This document shows positions 59,520-64,000 of a DNA stretch of 64,000 nucleotides, piece after piece. The first letter of the stretch is position 1; every line of letters starts with the position of its first letter. The position numbers and the translations under genes were made by a program. The notes beneath the pieces are model-generated. The model saw only the letters and a program-made list of their open reading frames with translations. It was not told the DNA's origin and did not search any database. Origin of the DNA: Paraspadella gotoi (Eukaryota > Animalia > Chaetognatha); assembly GCA_051294375.1 (NCBI GenBank), contig CM119266.1, positions 6,527,431-6,591,430 on the forward strand. The letters are read 5' to 3'.

Positions 59520-60567
59520 AGAAAGGCCGGGTGCCAATACCTTCGTGACTTTAACGAATTGGAGGGAGGGGCGCGTCCCATCATTCTTCGCCGCGTTCAC
59601 CGTCTTCGAATTCTTTTTTCATTTCTTTTCCAACTTCAGACTTTTCATTGGAATTCCAAGGTTCGATTTTTTTTTGCCTATAAGAAAAAAAAATATCCAG
59701 TTTTGCCCCTCATCACATCTTTCGACGACCATTGTCATTTCTCGAACCAGAGCAAATTTAAAAGCTTGACGTTATCACAAATTTAAAAAAACAAAAAAAA
59801 TAAAATTCGCTGCAAAAAATCGCTAAAATAATCTCGTTCAACGATGTCCACTCACCCCTGCAAACGTCCCGATGTTAAATCATTCCGTGTGCGATTTGAT
59901 AACATCACCTAAATATTTTCACCTTTTAAACGTTTCGTTAATTTTTAAAGAAAATGGTCTCCGCTAGTCTAATTATATTTAATAATTTTTATGGCTCTTG
60001 TTAAGGCGTTTTTGCGATTAATTGCAAAATGTTAATGAATCAATATTAACTATTTAGATTAAATCTACCATCCTAATGTTGCTATTTTTTACGTTAAGTA
60101 TTTAGCTAGCAATGACAGTTACTGTCGAGTTATTTCTTCTATGAAATTGGTACAGTCAATATAACTATCAACCTTTCCATGAATTGTTATAACATTTCAA
60201 AGAAGGTTAAAGATATTACAGGGAGGCCCAGCTTTAAAGGGACTAACTTCAAGTGCTTACAGCACAAACGGTTTATGATAGAGGGAAAAAAGGGATTATT
60301 TGGAAACTAGGCAAAATTATCTTTCAATTGATATCAAAAACGTTTGGAAAATCCAATAGCAACTATATACTATATACTGAGACATGTGAGAATTGCAAGT
60401 TATAACGCCACCTGAATTTCGTGAACGAAACAAAATCGTTAACTGTATTTGTAATAGTAAATCGTAACAAATTCAATAAAGAAACAAAGGCAGATTTTTA
60501 ACAAAATTTAATAATTAAAACTAGAGAAAATAAGAAACGCGGATAAACGTTGAAAGACTCGGAAATC

Positions 60568-63512
60568 CTATTCGTAGACGAGTGGCGCTTTGTGCTTTTT
60601 CGAGGGACAATATCCGTGAAGGGTAAGCGCGAAGTTTCTCCAATATAGTGCGGGTAAGGAGCGCTGCTGACAAACCGGTATGGAGGTAAGGACGCGCGGA
60701 CAATGTGTGGAGGCCGCGGGAACGAATCCCGATAAGAAGAGACGAAAGAAAGATCTCCATCCAGGATCCCAATTGTCTCGAGTCTCGTTCGGTTCCAATT
60801 CCATGAGATCGGACACGTGCAACGTGCGACAATCGCCTTTGGTCAGATCCCAAGAAAACATGATCATCGCCTGCATGCGGTGGGAGTTGCCAAACTGCTG
60901 CGCGGCCGCGGCGACGCTGGGTCGAGGATTGGCCGAGGACTTTCCCGCGTAAGCGGGTGAAGCTGCACGAGCGGGGGAAGCCGCGGCGCTGGAGCCGGCG
61001 GCGCCGCGATCTTCAGGCTTGGAAACCTGGTGGGTCTGCAAGAGAACGCAGAGGACGGCGACGACTGCGTTGGTGTCGGGACAAACGTCTAGAACCTGAA
61101 TGTCGTAGTTGGAAAAGGTAAGAACTCGTTCGGCCCAAGGGTAATAGGGTAGGTTGTCGCTGAGATACTGCTCCACATCGAGCGTTAGCTGCTGAGCGAT
61201 CACGCCCGGCGTCTCCTTGGTTATTTCGGGAATGGAGGCTTCCGTGACCAAGGAGAGTTGAGATCCGCCGTCGACGCCGCCGAAGACCTCGAGAGGCAAG
61301 ACGGCGGAATAGGCGAGGGAAGGGTCGTCCATCTCGTTGGCCGCTGTACTGTAGGGAAGGGAAACGTAGCACCTGAAAGGACGGAGAAGATGAAAATATC
61401 GTTAGTCTTGCTCTTCCTCTAAAAAAAATTATAAAAGGTTCGAACCTTTAAAAATGGATAGTGGATAAAGAATTATTTTCAAATAACGTTAAAAAGAAAT
61501 GAATTAAACTATTTTGGAAACCCTCGTCACCAGACTATTATAACTGAATCTATCAATGTTCCGCGTTATTTTTGTATTTACAAAAAATTTAAATAGTTTA
61601 GTAGTTTGATACTAATAGGTGCATCAAATAGAATTTATTTCCGTCTACGCCAATTTTCGTCCATGCTAGATCAGTAAATAGTTTTAAAGATAATGAACAA
61701 AACTATTTAAAAAAAAACATTGATTGCAATATGTAAATGTATTTAATATCCCTAATGCCGTTTTTAATAATTTGCAAAGGAACCTGTGAGCATAAGTGAC
61801 GGTCCTCGTCTCTGTCTGCATCACGACGGGCGACGACATGATGGACGGACTCGAGATGCTGAAGTGATAAGGATCTTGCGACAGCGAAGGTCCGTGCGGC
61901 CAGATGGACGACGAGGCGCCTCCCATTTTTGAGGACAAGATCCCGAAGATCTCTGTCTCCACGTTGATGGCGTCTTCGTGTGCGGCGGAACATCTGGCTG
62001 GAGGGTAAGGAGGGGGCAGCGGCGGCGAAGTCGGGATCGGAGAAGCGCCGCTCTTTCGCTCCCGACTCGGCACGGACGAAGAGTTGGAAATGTAAGGAGG
62101 CGAAACCCACGGCGCCTCCAGCCTCGTTCCCATCACGGAGGCGCCGGAAGACGACCCGGCCGGAGATCGATTCGCTTGCAGAGAACTGTTCTCTTTGCTC
62201 GCCTCGTTCCTCATGCAATCCACCCACAGGCTGTCCAAGCTGTACGGATCCAGCAGCTCTTGGAATATCTGTTGAGATTCTTGAAAGTGGCCGGGGGTTG
62301 AACCGGCGCTGACGGCGCCGTCCTTGACCGGCCCTTGGCTCGACGCGGCGTCGTCGAGCGTCGAATGGGAGAGTCCAGAGTTGGCGTTGGCCGAATTGTA
62401 GACGCGATCAACGTGGGCGTCTATGACGTCGAAGCAAAGCGCCACCAAGTAGTCTCCAGTGTTGAACACGGCCACGTCGTTGATCTTCAATGAGATCGTC
62501 GGCAGAAAGAAAGGGTAAGGGGAGGTAAGTTCGAAACGAAAGTGGACAGAAAACCCGTGGCGGAGGCAGCGTGCGTCCGCCTTGAGGCTTTTGGCGCGGG
62601 CTTTGGCGCAGGCCGCGCAGCCCGAGAGTGACGGTTTGGCCAAGATGGTGACGTGGCAGAGATTATCGCCCGTCTCGCCCATGTCACCCGACGTGTCCGG
62701 GCAGGCGCTGTTGACCAGGTAGACGGGGCAACCGTAGACCAAAAGGTAGTCGGAGTTGCCCCACTCGCAGACGTACAGAAGAAGTTCCTAGGAAAATGGA
62801 AAAATTGGCTTTTAAAGATTTGCAAAGGCAAGTCTTACAAATATCAAGTTTTGTAATAGCAGGATTGGCCACAGGTTAATTTAGCCTTGAGACTGACCTG
62901 CATGTGAAGTTTGTTGTGGTCAGAATCCCCGAAGAGCGCAGATTCGGCGACCTTGACCAGATTCGCACCCGGTTGAAATCGCCACCAACACAGTTTATAA
63001 TCGTAGTGCAGCGAGCCATCGCCGACACGCTCCGTCGAAGTGTAGGACAGGATAAAGTTTCCGTCTCTCGTAAAACCGAGAAAGACATGCCCGTTCCTGA
63101 GCGGCTCCTCCCCGGCCAAGCAGGGCAAGCAGAGGGGCTTTCTCTGCACGGGGATAGACCGCATGTCATGAGTGCTGTGGAGATAGCAAGCGTCGAGCCC
63201 TTTCTGCAGCCCGAAGCAAGAAGTGACGACGTAGCGACGAGGCTTTCGAGGGACGTCGATCTTGTGAAGATCCTTGACGTAGCATTGGAGACGAAACTCA
63301 TTTGATCTGTCGTTCTTGGCGTAAGGAAATGTTCCAGTCCGCTCCCGTTCTTGTAGACTGTGGAGCAAAGAGAACTTGCGGGAGCGTTTGCCGACACCAG
63401 CGGCGTTGACGGCGTTGCTCTTGATCAGCAGCCGATCGCGTTGGGAATTGGAGCGGTCGGAGCAAACTGGGATCCGCTTGGGGATCCGGCCCGAACGACC
63501 GGGCGATGACAT
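60568..63512 (-). CDS. DCAF15: DDB1- and CUL4-associated factor 15
   Basis: 3 exons (63512 to about 62898, about 62788-61786, about 61374-60568). GHVFLGFTRDGNFILSYT..YKLCWWRF; CAACAKA..CLRHGFSVHFRFELTSPYPFFLPTISLKINDVAVFNTG, the same motif order as DCAF15. Confidence 0.82.
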
Positions 63513-63549
63513 AGTCGTTTCGTGGATATTTACAGTAATTAATTGGGCT

Positions 63550-63592
63550 AAATTTAATTTTCGCCGACCCCGGTTTTGGCGGCTTTTGAATT
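63550..63592. mobile_element. Partial copy C of the TIR element family (left end only)
   Basis: AAATTTAATTTTCGCCGACCCCGGTTTTGGCGGCTTTTGAA matches the left end of copy B and the reverse complement of the right end of copy A. Confidence 0.55.
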
Positions 63593-63719
63593 ACTACGGC
63601 TTTTTTAATTACTCACAATACCAATATTTAGAAACTCGTTTTTCCAGGAAAGAGGATTTAAGATTAAATTAGCAACCTTCTTTTCTTCTGTACAACTACA
63701 AGGGATTGCAATTTAATGT

Positions 63720-64000
63720 TTTAGTTGTGCTTGTTGCTTGGTCTTCTGCTCGCCCTGCCGTCCGCCGCCGTCTCGCTCCGACTGCTACCGCTGCTGCGTC
63801 CGCCGCAGACTTTTGACTCGAAATCCGCCAAACGCGATTTTCTTTTATTTCTCTTTCAGTTCGACCGTTGCGGCAGCGACGACTGCGGAGGGCGCGGCCG
63901 CCGCGGCGTCGACTGAACCGGCGGCGGCGGCAGCGTTCGGATTGAGTTCAACTCGAGAAGAGGATTTTTTTTTTTCGTCGATGAGCGAAAAAAATCCGTT
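63720..64000. other. GC/CpG-rich exon-like segment at the window edge (probable part of a neighbouring gene or the DCAF15 5' region)
   Basis: Composition resembles local exons, but strand and frame cannot be resolved without downstream sequence. Confidence 0.25.

Overview
Gene-dense, intron-rich eukaryotic DNA from an animal, most likely an invertebrate; the taxon cannot be fixed from sequence alone. I reconstructed the multi-exon genes by joining GT/GC-AG exons in frame. In order: an SLC36-type amino-acid transporter (5' end outside the window), PTBP, an intronless 920-aa orphan ORF, an SS18/SYT homologue with a very long Gly-Pro-His repeat exon, SRBD1 (Tex-like), a probable 4-exon orphan, SHMT2, NDUFS4, CHMP4/Snf7, RANBP9/10, a double-hotdog acyl-CoA thioesterase, TPRG1-like, an Arf-family GTPase, SSR1 and DCAF15. 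The most striking architecture is RANBP9/10 (34463-48121), which carries two complete antisense multi-exon genes in its introns: a divergent LIM-domain gene and PRODH. Its true last exon lies about 4.8 kb downstream, beyond PRODH. Other signals: three introns that join in frame only with GC donors; strand-polarised G-runs after 5' splice sites and (CT)n tracts before 3' splice sites; a tRNA-derived SINE (2 copies); a TA-flanked MITE; a small TIR element family with telomere-like repeats; and a DINE/Helentron-like repeat family. Two 10-N assembly gaps are present. No CRISPR array, rRNA or intact tRNA was found. All coordinates were read by eye and no database search was run.
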